From: Syntrophomonadaceae bacterium
GTDB lineage: Bacteria > Bacillota > Dethiobacteria > DTU022
Assembly: GCA_003567725.1 (NCBI GenBank)
Contig: PWYU01000077.1
Span: 1-64,000, forward strand
Length of the DNA: 64,000 nt
Direction of reading: 5' to 3'
Below, in pieces: positions 8,886 through 17,512 of this stretch; the stretch's first letter is position 1, and every line of letters begins with the position of its first letter. A program made the translations under genes and the position numbers. The notes beneath the pieces are model-generated. The model saw nothing but the letters and a program-made list of their open reading frames with translations, ran no database searches and was not told the origin of the DNA.

Positions 8886-9577
8886 TAAAGATCCTCCCTG
8901 AGTTTATAGCCCGTTCCCCATACTGTAATTATAAACTCTGGATTTGCCGAATCTGATTCTATTTTTTCTCTCAAATGCCTTATGTGCACATCCACAGTCC
9001 GGACATCACCATAGTAATCATAGCCCCAAACCTGGGCCAGGAGTTGTTCTCTTGAGTATACATTACCGGCATTAATCGCTAAGTAACTCAACAAGGCAAA
9101 TTCTTTTGAAGTTAAACTGATCTCCTTTTCCCCAATGCGAACTCGATGCTGTAATAAATCAATCTCCAATTTGCCAATTTGAATCTTTTTTTTCGATCCT
9201 TCCTCTGATAAAGTCGTACGTCTCAATACTGCTTTTATTCGAGCTACCAGTTCTCGTGAATTAAAAGGCTTGGTTAAATAATCATCGGCTCCGAGCTCCA
9301 AGCCTAAAACCTTGTCAATATCTTCGCTGCGGGCTGTTAACATAATTATCGGTACTTCTAACTTTTTACGTATCCTTCTGCATACTTCAAAACCATCAAC
9401 TTCCGGAAGCATTAAATCAAGCACTACCACATCAGGCTTCAAGGAAAAGACCTTATCCAGAGCCTCTTCTCCATCATAGGCCACCTCAACCCTAAAGCCT
9501 TCTTTCTCCAGGTTAAAGGTAAGCGCTTTTACCAGTGTTTTTTCATCATCAACCACCAGAACCAATTCATTACTCAT
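8885..9577 (-). CDS. OmpR-family response regulator (WalR/MtrA-like)
   Basis: The REC domain carries LVVDDE…D…K motifs. The winged-helix C-terminus reads REQLLAQVWGYDYYGDVRTVDVHIRHLREKIE. The start is taken at M6 (MSNELVLVV), which has GGAGGGG 8 nt upstream; the ORF-track M1 has no RBS and would overlap the UDG gene. Confidence 0.9.
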   Translation of the reverse strand: MSNELVLVVDDEKTLVKALTFNLEKEGFRVEVAYDGEEALDKVFSLKPDVVVLDLMLPEVDGFEVCRRIRKKLEVPIIMLTARSEDIDKVLGLELGADDYLTKPFNSRELVARIKAVLRRTTLSEEGSKKKIQIGKLEIDLLQHRVRIGEKEISLTSKEFALLSYLAINAGNVYSREQLLAQVWGYDYYGDVRTVDVHIRHLREKIESDSANPEFIITVWGTGYKLREDL

Positions 9578-10259
9578 TAGCCACCCCTCCATTACCAGGT
9601 TTATGGTAAACCTTTACAACTTCTTGTATGTCTTGCCACACAAATTTTTTTTTGCCCGGATCTCTTAATAGCGCAGCAGGATGAAAAGTAGCCATGAAAA
9701 GCCTTTTCCCAATTCTGCGCCAGCTTCCACGAAACCTGGTAATAGAAGCATGTTTATCTATTAATGATTTTGTAGCAAGCGAACCAAGGCAAACTATGAT
9801 ATCCGGATCTATTAAGTCTATTTGTTTCAGAAGATAGGGCATACAAGCTTCTATTTCCGATTGGACTGGCAACCTGTTATTAGGAGGGCGGCATTTTACA
9901 ACATTTGTTATGTAAACTTCTTCCCGACTAATTTCTGCTGCCTTCAATATTTTATTGAGAAGCTGCCCGGCTCGGCCAACAAAGGGCTCTCCCTGCCTGT
10001 CTTCGTCTCCGCCCGGACCTTCTCCTATAAACATTAAACGGGTATTGTGATTACCTGTACCAAAAACCACCTGCTGGCGCCCTTCTTTTAGCGGGCAATT
10101 TCTGCAGGCCAAGGCTGTTTCCTTCAACCGGCCCAGTTCATTAGCAGCAGCTTCGCTACTGGCAATTTGGGGATTGTTATCCTGCATCTCTGGTGAGCTG
10201 GTATGGCTGTTTATAATATCCATGAGGGATTTTTGTTGCTCTTCTTTAATTGCATTCAC
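9570..10259 (-). CDS. Family-4 uracil-DNA glycosylase (4Fe-4S UDG)
   Basis: Motifs are CRNCPL…GEGPGGDEDRQGEPFVGRAGQLL…ITNVVKCRPPNNR…FHPAALLR. The ORF start is GTG with a weak RBS, so the true start may be an internal Met. The stop is 5 nt from the RR start codon. Confidence 0.8.
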   Translation of the reverse strand: MNAIKEEQQKSLMDIINSHTSSPEMQDNNPQIASSEAAANELGRLKETALACRNCPLKEGRQQVVFGTGNHNTRLMFIGEGPGGDEDRQGEPFVGRAGQLLNKILKAAEISREEVYITNVVKCRPPNNRLPVQSEIEACMPYLLKQIDLIDPDIIVCLGSLATKSLIDKHASITRFRGSWRRIGKRLFMATFHPAALLRDPGKKKFVWQDIQEVVKVYHKPGNGGVANE

Positions 10260-10321
10260 CCCGCTTTATGGTGGATTCCGGTCTATTAACCAGGCATGCC
10301 CAATCCAATTCCCTGTAGAGT

Positions 10322-11428
10322 TTACTCAGGAGGTGAAACCATTAAACTATTCCGGCGTTGAAAACGCTCCTCAGCCAATTCCAATAATCTGCTGACAAGA
10401 TGATTATAATTTAATCCACTAGCTTCCCACAATTTTGGATACATACTTATGCTGGTGAACCCGGGAATGGTATTAATCTCAATTAAGGTAACACTTTCAA
10501 CCAGGGGATTCACAAAAAAGTCTACCCGAGCCAGGCCGCTGGCTTCAACTGCCTGAAAAGCCAGGGCAGAATATGTTCTCACTGTGCTCTCCAGTTTATC
10601 ACCCAGCTCTACAGGTATGACCAGCTCGGAGCGATCATCAATATATTTGGCCCGGTAATCATAAAATTCATTGCATGGAATAATTTCTCCCGGACGTGAA
10701 GTATGGATCTTCACATCACCAAGAACACTGCATTCTATTTCTCTTCCTTCCAAAAAGCTTTCTATTATCACTTTTTCATCATAAAGTAGCGCCTCTTCAA
10801 TTGCTGCAACCAGTTTATCTTCAGTACTAACTTTTGAGATTCCAACACTGGATCCCAGGTTGGCAGGCTTGACAAAACAAGGAAAGCCCAGTTTATTGGC
10901 AATATCTCCTATCCATTTGTTTTCGCTGCCAGTCCATTCCCAGCGGAAAAAGTATAAAAAAGGTGCTACCGGCAATCCTTTTTCTTTAAATAAGGTTTTC
11001 ATAACTACCTTGTCCATAGCCGTGCTGGAAGCTAATACTCCCGAACCCACATATGGAAGGCCAGCCATTTCAAATAATCCTTGAATGGTTCCGTCTTCGC
11101 CATAAGTACCATGCAGAACAGGAAATACTATGTCGACAGGTTGGTAACGCCACTCAGAAAGAGATTCTGATGCTTTTACAAGTAAACCCGGGCGAGCAGG
11201 ATCAGTCATTATAACGGCGGTTGTGGCTTCTCTTGGCAGGCGATTTTCCCACAACGCCAACCAGGCGTCAGGCCCGGTAAGCCAGGCCCCTGCTCGTGTA
11301 ATCCCAACAGGAATAATATCAAACCGCTCTTTATCAATCGCTTCCATAATTGAAGCAGCTGAACGAAGGGAAACAACATGCTCCCCGGAGCGTCCGCCAA
11401 AGATTACCGCCACTTTTTTACGTTCCAT
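10322..11428 (-). CDS. ddl: D-alanine--D-alanine ligase
   Basis: 368 aa with an ATP-grasp fold. N-terminus is KVAVIFGGRSGEHVVSLRSA and C-terminus is ARVDFFV…EINTIPGFT. Confidence 0.9.
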   Translation of the reverse strand: MERKKVAVIFGGRSGEHVVSLRSAASIMEAIDKERFDIIPVGITRAGAWLTGPDAWLALWENRLPREATTAVIMTDPARPGLLVKASESLSEWRYQPVDIVFPVLHGTYGEDGTIQGLFEMAGLPYVGSGVLASSTAMDKVVMKTLFKEKGLPVAPFLYFFRWEWTGSENKWIGDIANKLGFPCFVKPANLGSSVGISKVSTEDKLVAAIEEALLYDEKVIIESFLEGREIECSVLGDVKIHTSRPGEIIPCNEFYDYRAKYIDDRSELVIPVELGDKLESTVRTYSALAFQAVEASGLARVDFFVNPLVESVTLIEINTIPGFTSISMYPKLWEASGLNYNHLVSRLLELAEERFQRRNSLMVSPPE

Positions 11429-11653
11429 AACAACAACTCCTCAGAGTGGAAACAGTTTGCCTGATAATTTATTCATTATGATTATATCATACCTAAAAAA
11501 TCTAAGAAGAGGTCAAAATATAAAGCTTTTAGGGCAGTTCATGAACAGGTACGTTATAATAATATTTGAGCAGTATAATCATGTTGTGAAAATTTTTATT
11601 GATTAAAACTATATAATGCTCCGCTATTAAGAAAGTGAGGACAGACAATACAA

Positions 11654-12853
11654 ATGCAGACCCCTGTAGTGATGTTAGGAGCAAACTTTTATACTGCATT
11701 AGGCGCTATCCGAACGCTGGGCCGTAGAAGGGTGCCGGTTTATGCCCTGGATTACCATTTTCCAAGTGCCTATGCTCTAGCCTCACGTTATGTTACTAAA
11801 AGCATCCTGTGCCCAAATATTAATACCAGCGAGAAAGAACTATCTGAATTTTTGATTAATATGGGTCAAAGCTTTGAGAAAAAGCCGGTATTAATGGCGA
11901 GCGCCGACAGTTATGCCCTGTTAATTTCACGTTATGCTAACGTTTTAACCGATTACTATCTTTTTCCTGATAACCCCGATGATTTGCTGGAACAGATCAT
12001 TGCAAAAGACGGTTTAAATAGATTAGCAGCAAAACATGAAATGTTAACCCCTAAAACTATTACCGTGGATTACAAATCTGATATTAATCAGGTAGCAGAG
12101 AACATACCTTACCCTTGTATTATTAAACCGGCTTTGTCGCATGAGTTTGTAAAAGTGTTTCGACAGAAGTGCCTTTTTGCAGAAAACAGGGCAATACTGC
12201 TGAAAACTTTAGAATCAGCCCTTTCCAGCGGACTTGAAGTTATGGTTCAAGAAATAGTGCCCGGCTTCGATGATCAAATGTACGTTTTTGATTTCTATGT
12301 TGATCAAAAAGGCCATATTACACATACTTTAACGGCTCAAAAATTACGTCAGTTTCCAATTAATTTCGGTTCATCAACGCTTACTCATCATATGCATAAT
12401 CAGGACCTGGTAGAGCTGGGCAAAGATTATATTAAACGTTTGGGATTTCGTGGATATGGTGAAATAGAATTTAAACAACACCCTGATAACGGTGCCTATT
12501 ATTTAATCGAAATTAACGCTCGCTTAAGCACTTTGAATGTGCTATTCGACAAGTGCGGACTGGAATTTACTTACGTAATGTACCGAGATCTTATTGGTGA
12601 ATCTCTACCAGATTTTCATCTCAACGAAACTAAACCATGGGCATTCTGGCATGCTTATGAAGATATGATTAGTATTTCTGCTTACCTTAAAACTAAACAA
12701 CTAACTTTAACCCAGGTTATCCGCCCCTGGTTAACTCATCACAAAGCTCATGCCATCTGGGCTGCAGACGATATAAAGCCTCTATTATCTTTTGCCAGGC
12801 TTATCTTCACTAAAATCTATAATAAGTTACGCCAAACCCTGAGCAGAAAATAA
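11654..12853 (+). CDS. ATP-grasp superfamily enzyme of unknown specificity (COG3919-like)
   Basis: 399 aa. A pre-ATP-grasp N-terminal domain is followed by an ATP-grasp core (…PYPCIIKPALSHEF…MVQEIVPG…YYLIEINARLS). It is divergent from ddl across a 225-nt AT-rich region. Confidence 0.7.
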   Translation: MQTPVVMLGANFYTALGAIRTLGRRRVPVYALDYHFPSAYALASRYVTKSILCPNINTSEKELSEFLINMGQSFEKKPVLMASADSYALLISRYANVLTDYYLFPDNPDDLLEQIIAKDGLNRLAAKHEMLTPKTITVDYKSDINQVAENIPYPCIIKPALSHEFVKVFRQKCLFAENRAILLKTLESALSSGLEVMVQEIVPGFDDQMYVFDFYVDQKGHITHTLTAQKLRQFPINFGSSTLTHHMHNQDLVELGKDYIKRLGFRGYGEIEFKQHPDNGAYYLIEINARLSTLNVLFDKCGLEFTYVMYRDLIGESLPDFHLNETKPWAFWHAYEDMISISAYLKTKQLTLTQVIRPWLTHHKAHAIWAADDIKPLLSFARLIFTKIYNKLRQTLSRK

Positions 12854-12987
12854 TTACAGTAAAAGCAAAAAGACGGCTTTTTAAGGCCGCCTTGTTGTAG
12901 CTTATAACATGATTAGTACTCATATAATTTTAGTGTATCGCTGTTTTAGCTGGATTGCTTTGCAATCCTTCTTAAAACAAAACCCGT

Positions 12988-15075
12988 TTAGGCTTCTTCT
13001 TCTTTTTCTACCTGCGCTGCAGCAACAATCTGTTCTGCCACATTATGAGGCACCTCTTCGTAATGTGAAAAATCCATACTAAAAAAGCCACGGCCCTGGG
13101 TCATGGAGCGTAAATCTATGGAATACTTAAACATTTCGGCCATCGGAACCTGGGCCCTAATTTTTTGCATATTATCTTCCGGCTCCATCCCCTGGATTCG
13201 TCCCCGCTTACTGTTCAAATCTCCCATAATATCACCCATGAAAGTTTCGGGAACAAGGACTTCTACGTTCATAATTGGTTCAAGTAATATAGCTCCAGCC
13301 TGATCCACGCCTTTACGGAATGCTTGAGAGCCGGCAATTTTGAAAGCCATTTCGGAAGAGTCAACTGTATGATAGGAACCGTCAACCAGCCTGACCATTA
13401 CATCTACAACCGGGTAGCCGGCTACCACACCTTCTTCCATCGCTTCAAGGATGCCCTTCTCCACTGCAGGAACATATTGTTTTGGAACTGACCCGCCAAA
13501 TATTTTATTTTCAAATACAAGCCCATCACCAGGTTCAGCCGGTTCAAGCTCAATATAGACATGGCCAAATTGCCCGCGGCCACCAGATTGCTTTTTATGT
13601 TTTCCTTCCACTTTAGCCTGGCCTTTAATTGTTTCTTTATAAGGAACCTTGGGGGTTGACAGCTCCACATCTACTCCAAATTTTTGAGAAAGGCGGTTCA
13701 CGATAATATCCAGATGGAGCTCTCCCATTCCGGAAATAACTGTTTGTTTAGTTTCAACTTTTCTTTCTCCCCTAAAAGTTGGATCTTCTTCTAGAAAACG
13801 TGTAAGGCCGCTACCTACTTTATCTTCATCACCTTTGGTTTTAGGTTCAACTGCAAAGGAGATAACCGGTTTAGGAAAGTCAAGGGCCGGAAAAACAATT
13901 GGATTGCTCTTATCACAAAGAGTATCGCCTGTAATTGTATTCTGTAATTTGGCAACACAGGCAATATCTCCGGCAACCACCCCTTCCATGGAAATCTGGT
14001 TTTTACCGCGCATGGAGAAGACCTGCCCGAAACGTTCAGTTAAATCCTGGGTAGAGTTATATACCTGACTGTCAGGTTGAATGTTGCCTGAAAATACCCT
14101 AAAATAATTGATTCGTCCAACATAAGGATCGGCCAAAGTTTTGAAAACAAAGGTAGACATTGGCTCTTCATTGCTGAGGTTACGGGTAACTACATCCTTG
14201 CTTCCCGGTATATATCCCTTAACTTCTTCCTGATCAAAGGGTGTGGGAAGATAGCGCTTGATTAAGTCCAATAGAGGTTGAATCCCATAGTTTTTTGTTG
14301 CAGCACAGCAAAGAACAGGGATAGTTTTACCGGTGAGAACCCCTTTGCGCAGGCCTTCATTAATTTCCTCATCGGTTAACTCTTCACCTTCCAGGTATTT
14401 CTCAAGCAGGCTGTCATCGGTTTCGGCAATGGTTTCCACAAGCTTTTCCCTTAAATCTTGAGCCTGATCCTGATAATCACCCGGAATATCTTCTTCGGTA
14501 ACCTTCATGCCTTCTTCAGAAAACATAATCGCTTTTTGTTTGATCAGATCTACTACGCCTTTAAAGTCTGCTTCCTGTCCTATTGGCATTTGAACTGGCG
14601 CCACATTATGACCAAAGTTAGCCCTGAGCTGCTCCAGGGTGCCTTCAAAGTCAGCATTTTCACGATCAAGTTTGTTGATTACCACCAGGCGAGGCAGGTT
14701 ATAATCATCCGCATAGCCCCATACCTTTTCGGTTCCAACTTCTACACCCGACACAGCGCAAACTACCGCTACTACACTGTCAGCCGCCCGTAGAGCTCCT
14801 AAAACGTCGCCAATAAAATCAAAGTAGCCTGGAGTATCAAGCAAGTTAACTTTGATATCATCCCATTCCAGAGGAGCCAGGCCAACGTTTATGGTTACCT
14901 GCTTTTTTGTTTCATCGGGATCGTAGTCAGTAGTAGTGTTGCCCGCTTCAATTTTCCCAAGGCGGTTAATTGTCCCCGAAGTAAAAAGCAGCGCTTCGGT
15001 GAGAGAGGTTTTCCCGGCACTGCCATGGGATATTAACGCTACATTGCGAATATTTTCGCTGTTATACTTCTTCAT
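12988..15075 (-). CDS. Elongation factor G paralog (EF-G2-like translational GTPase)
   Basis: 695 aa with all five EF-G domains. The G1 motif is divergent (ISHGSAGKTS rather than AHIDAGKTT) and the G3 motif is DTPGYFDF. RBS GAGGAGG. Confidence 0.8.
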   Translation of the reverse strand: MKKYNSENIRNVALISHGSAGKTSLTEALLFTSGTINRLGKIEAGNTTTDYDPDETKKQVTINVGLAPLEWDDIKVNLLDTPGYFDFIGDVLGALRAADSVVAVVCAVSGVEVGTEKVWGYADDYNLPRLVVINKLDRENADFEGTLEQLRANFGHNVAPVQMPIGQEADFKGVVDLIKQKAIMFSEEGMKVTEEDIPGDYQDQAQDLREKLVETIAETDDSLLEKYLEGEELTDEEINEGLRKGVLTGKTIPVLCCAATKNYGIQPLLDLIKRYLPTPFDQEEVKGYIPGSKDVVTRNLSNEEPMSTFVFKTLADPYVGRINYFRVFSGNIQPDSQVYNSTQDLTERFGQVFSMRGKNQISMEGVVAGDIACVAKLQNTITGDTLCDKSNPIVFPALDFPKPVISFAVEPKTKGDEDKVGSGLTRFLEEDPTFRGERKVETKQTVISGMGELHLDIIVNRLSQKFGVDVELSTPKVPYKETIKGQAKVEGKHKKQSGGRGQFGHVYIELEPAEPGDGLVFENKIFGGSVPKQYVPAVEKGILEAMEEGVVAGYPVVDVMVRLVDGSYHTVDSSEMAFKIAGSQAFRKGVDQAGAILLEPIMNVEVLVPETFMGDIMGDLNSKRGRIQGMEPEDNMQKIRAQVPMAEMFKYSIDLRSMTQGRGFFSMDFSHYEEVPHNVAEQIVAAAQVEKEEEA

Positions 15076-15197
15076 GTATAGGCCTCCTCAAATCTCCCTG
15101 CTTTTAAAGCCGGGCAGATATAATATTAACGCTTTTTCAATGTATACACCCTATCATTATCGCAAAAAAAAAGCAACTTTAAAAGCGCTTTGTTTTA

Positions 15198-15704
15198 TTA
15201 TTTCAAATCATTAATTCTTGATTTTACGTATTCAACTAGCCCTCCGCGGTTGATTATATCCTGCATAAAAGGGGGAAAAGGTTCTGCTTTATAAATCTTA
15301 CCTGTTCTTAAATGGGTAACAAGGCCCTGTTCGAGATCCACCTTAAGTAAATCTGATCCGTTGTTCAGATCTGACAATTCTTCTTGACATTCCAGGATAG
15401 GCAGGCCGATATTAATTGCATTACGATAAAAAATACGAGCAAAGCTGCGGGCGACAACACAGGACACTCCAGCTCCTTTTATGGCCAGCGGAGCATGCTC
15501 GCGTGAACTGCCACAACCAAAGTTTTCTCCTCCTACCAGGATATCGCCGGCACTAACCTGAGACGGAAAATCTGGCCTTATATCTTCCATTAAATAATTC
15601 GCCAATTCTTTTGGATCAGTGGTGCTTAAGTAACGAGCCGCGATGATTGCATCCGTATCGATGTTGTCACCAAAAAGCCATGCTTTTCCTTCAAATATCA
15701 TCAT
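15198..15704 (-). CDS. leuD: 3-isopropylmalate dehydratase small subunit (aconitase-family swivel domain)
   Basis: 168 aa. The start overlaps the leuC stop by 4 nt. It has a [10 protein letters not shown] motif. Confidence 0.8.
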   Translation of the reverse strand: MMIFEGKAWLFGDNIDTDAIIAARYLSTTDPKELANYLMEDIRPDFPSQVSAGDILVGGENFGCGSSREHAPLAIKGAGVSCVVARSFARIFYRNAINIGLPILECQEELSDLNNGSDLLKVDLEQGLVTHLRTGKIYKAEPFPPFMQDIINRGGLVEYVKSRINDLK

Positions 15705-16987
15705 AGAACCTCCTCAGGATGAACTATCTTACCGGCGACAGCTGAGGCTGCCGCTACTGCCGGGCCGGACAAATAAACTTCACTTTCAGGATGGCCCATG
15801 CGGCCTACAAAATTACGGTTAGTCGTTGCTAACGCCCTTTCACCTTTAGCAAGAATACCCATGTGCCCGCCAAGACAGGGGCCACAGGTAGGAGTGCTAA
15901 CTACAGCTTCAGCATCGATAAAAGCCGTCAGCAAGCCTTCTTCCAGGGCTTGGCGATATATTTGCTGAGTTGCAGGTATAACCAGAAGCCTGACCCGTGG
16001 ATCAACCCGCTTATTCTTTATTACAGAAGCTGCCACCCTTAAGTCTTCAATTCTTCCATTGGTACAAGATCCGATCACAACCTGTTGGATTTGCGTGCCT
16101 TTGGCCTTACTTACCGGAAAAACATTGTCAGGTGAAGGTGGAAAAGCAATTTGCGGCTCCAGGTTTGTAATATCATACCTGTAAACCTGCTCATAGGCAG
16201 CATTTAAATCACTGTAAACCGGTTCGTACGGAACTGAAACCCGACCCTTGAGATAATCAAAAGTAACCTGATCCGGTTGAATATAACCACATTTCCCTCC
16301 AGCCTCAATAGCCATATTAGTCATGGTTAAGCGGCCGTCCATAGATAAAGCCGCGATAGCAGGACCGGCAAATTCCATAGCCCTGTACCTGGCTCCGCTT
16401 ACTCCAATCTGGCCAATAGTATATAAAATTAAGTCTTTTCCGCCCAGCCATTTAGGCAGCGAGCCTTCATATTCAAAGCGCAACGTTGAAGGAACTTTGA
16501 ACCAGGCTTCACCTATTACCATAGCTGCAGCCAGATCTGTACTGCCCACTCCGGTTGCAAAAGCGCCCAGCGCACCATAAGTACAGGTATGCGAATCGGC
16601 ACCAATAATAACTTCGCCGGGACGTACAAGGCCCTGTTCAGGTAGAAGGGCATGCTCTATACCCATCCGCCCTATTTCAAAATAATGTTTAATCTTATAT
16701 TTTTCAGCAAAGCGCCTGAGCAAAAGGGCTTGTTCTGCAGAGGCAATATCTTTATTAGGAGTAAAATGATCTGGCACTAAAACAATTTTTTCAGGATCAA
16801 AAACTTTATCAATACCAAATCTTTCAAATTCTTTAATGGCTACCGGCGCTGTAATGTCATTACCCAGAGCTAAATCAATTTTGGTATTAACCAGGTTTCC
16901 GGGGACCACCTTATCTTTGCCTGCTTTTACAGCCAAGATCTTTTCAACCATTGTTGAACCATAGTCAGTCCTGTTATCATTATCCAT
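15701..16987 (-). CDS. leuC: 3-isopropylmalate dehydratase large subunit (short aconitase-family LeuC)
   Basis: 428 aa with aconitase-family Cys ligands (…SCTNGR…, …TPTCGPCLGGHMG…). It sits in an operon with ilv genes. Confidence 0.8.
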   Translation of the reverse strand: MDNDNRTDYGSTMVEKILAVKAGKDKVVPGNLVNTKIDLALGNDITAPVAIKEFERFGIDKVFDPEKIVLVPDHFTPNKDIASAEQALLLRRFAEKYKIKHYFEIGRMGIEHALLPEQGLVRPGEVIIGADSHTCTYGALGAFATGVGSTDLAAAMVIGEAWFKVPSTLRFEYEGSLPKWLGGKDLILYTIGQIGVSGARYRAMEFAGPAIAALSMDGRLTMTNMAIEAGGKCGYIQPDQVTFDYLKGRVSVPYEPVYSDLNAAYEQVYRYDITNLEPQIAFPPSPDNVFPVSKAKGTQIQQVVIGSCTNGRIEDLRVAASVIKNKRVDPRVRLLVIPATQQIYRQALEEGLLTAFIDAEAVVSTPTCGPCLGGHMGILAKGERALATTNRNFVGRMGHPESEVYLSGPAVAAASAVAGKIVHPEEVL

Positions 16988-17017
16988 TACTCATTGCTCG
17001 CCTTCTTTCCTTAGTTA

Positions 17018-17512
17018 TTAGCCCTCCCTGGTAATTTTAGAGCCTCGAAGTAAAGCAACCTTTCCTGTCCTGACAATTTCTTTTAATCCAAAATGCTGCA
17101 GCAGCATTTTTATAGCTTCCATTTTTTCTTCATTCCCGGTTACTTCAATGATCATAGTATCCGGAGAAACATCTACAACCTTACCCCTGAAGGTTTCTAC
17201 AATTTGCTGGATATCACTGCGGCTGCCAACTTCTGCACTAACCTTAATCAGCATCAATTCACGCATTACAGATGGTTCTTCAGAAAGGTTGCTAACTTTT
17301 ATAACATTGACCAGCTTATGAAGTTGTTTAACAACCTGTTCCACTATCGTTTCACTGCCTTCAACGGTAATGGTCATCCGTGAAATGCCGGGAGAAACCG
17401 TTTCACCCACAGCTATATTATCAATATTAAAACCACGCCTGCTAAACAAACCGGCCACCCTTGTCAATACACCCGGCTTATCTTCAACAAGAACAGCAAG
17501 GACATGTTTCAA
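17018..17512 (-). CDS. ilvN: Acetolactate synthase small (regulatory, ACT-domain) subunit
   Basis: 164 aa with N-terminus MKHVLAVLVEDKPGVLTRVAGLFSRRGFNI. It overlaps ilvB by 4 nt. Confidence 0.85.
   Translation of the reverse strand: MKHVLAVLVEDKPGVLTRVAGLFSRRGFNIDNIAVGETVSPGISRMTITVEGSETIVEQVVKQLHKLVNVIKVSNLSEEPSVMRELMLIKVSAEVGSRSDIQQIVETFRGKVVDVSPDTMIIEVTGNEEKMEAIKMLLQHFGLKEIVRTGKVALLRGSKITREG

Noticed and set aside
12930-12987. ggattgc-ttt-gcaatcc hairpin after the EF-G2 stop as a terminator
   Set aside because: The 7-bp AT-rich stem is not followed by a T-run on either strand. At best it is weak.
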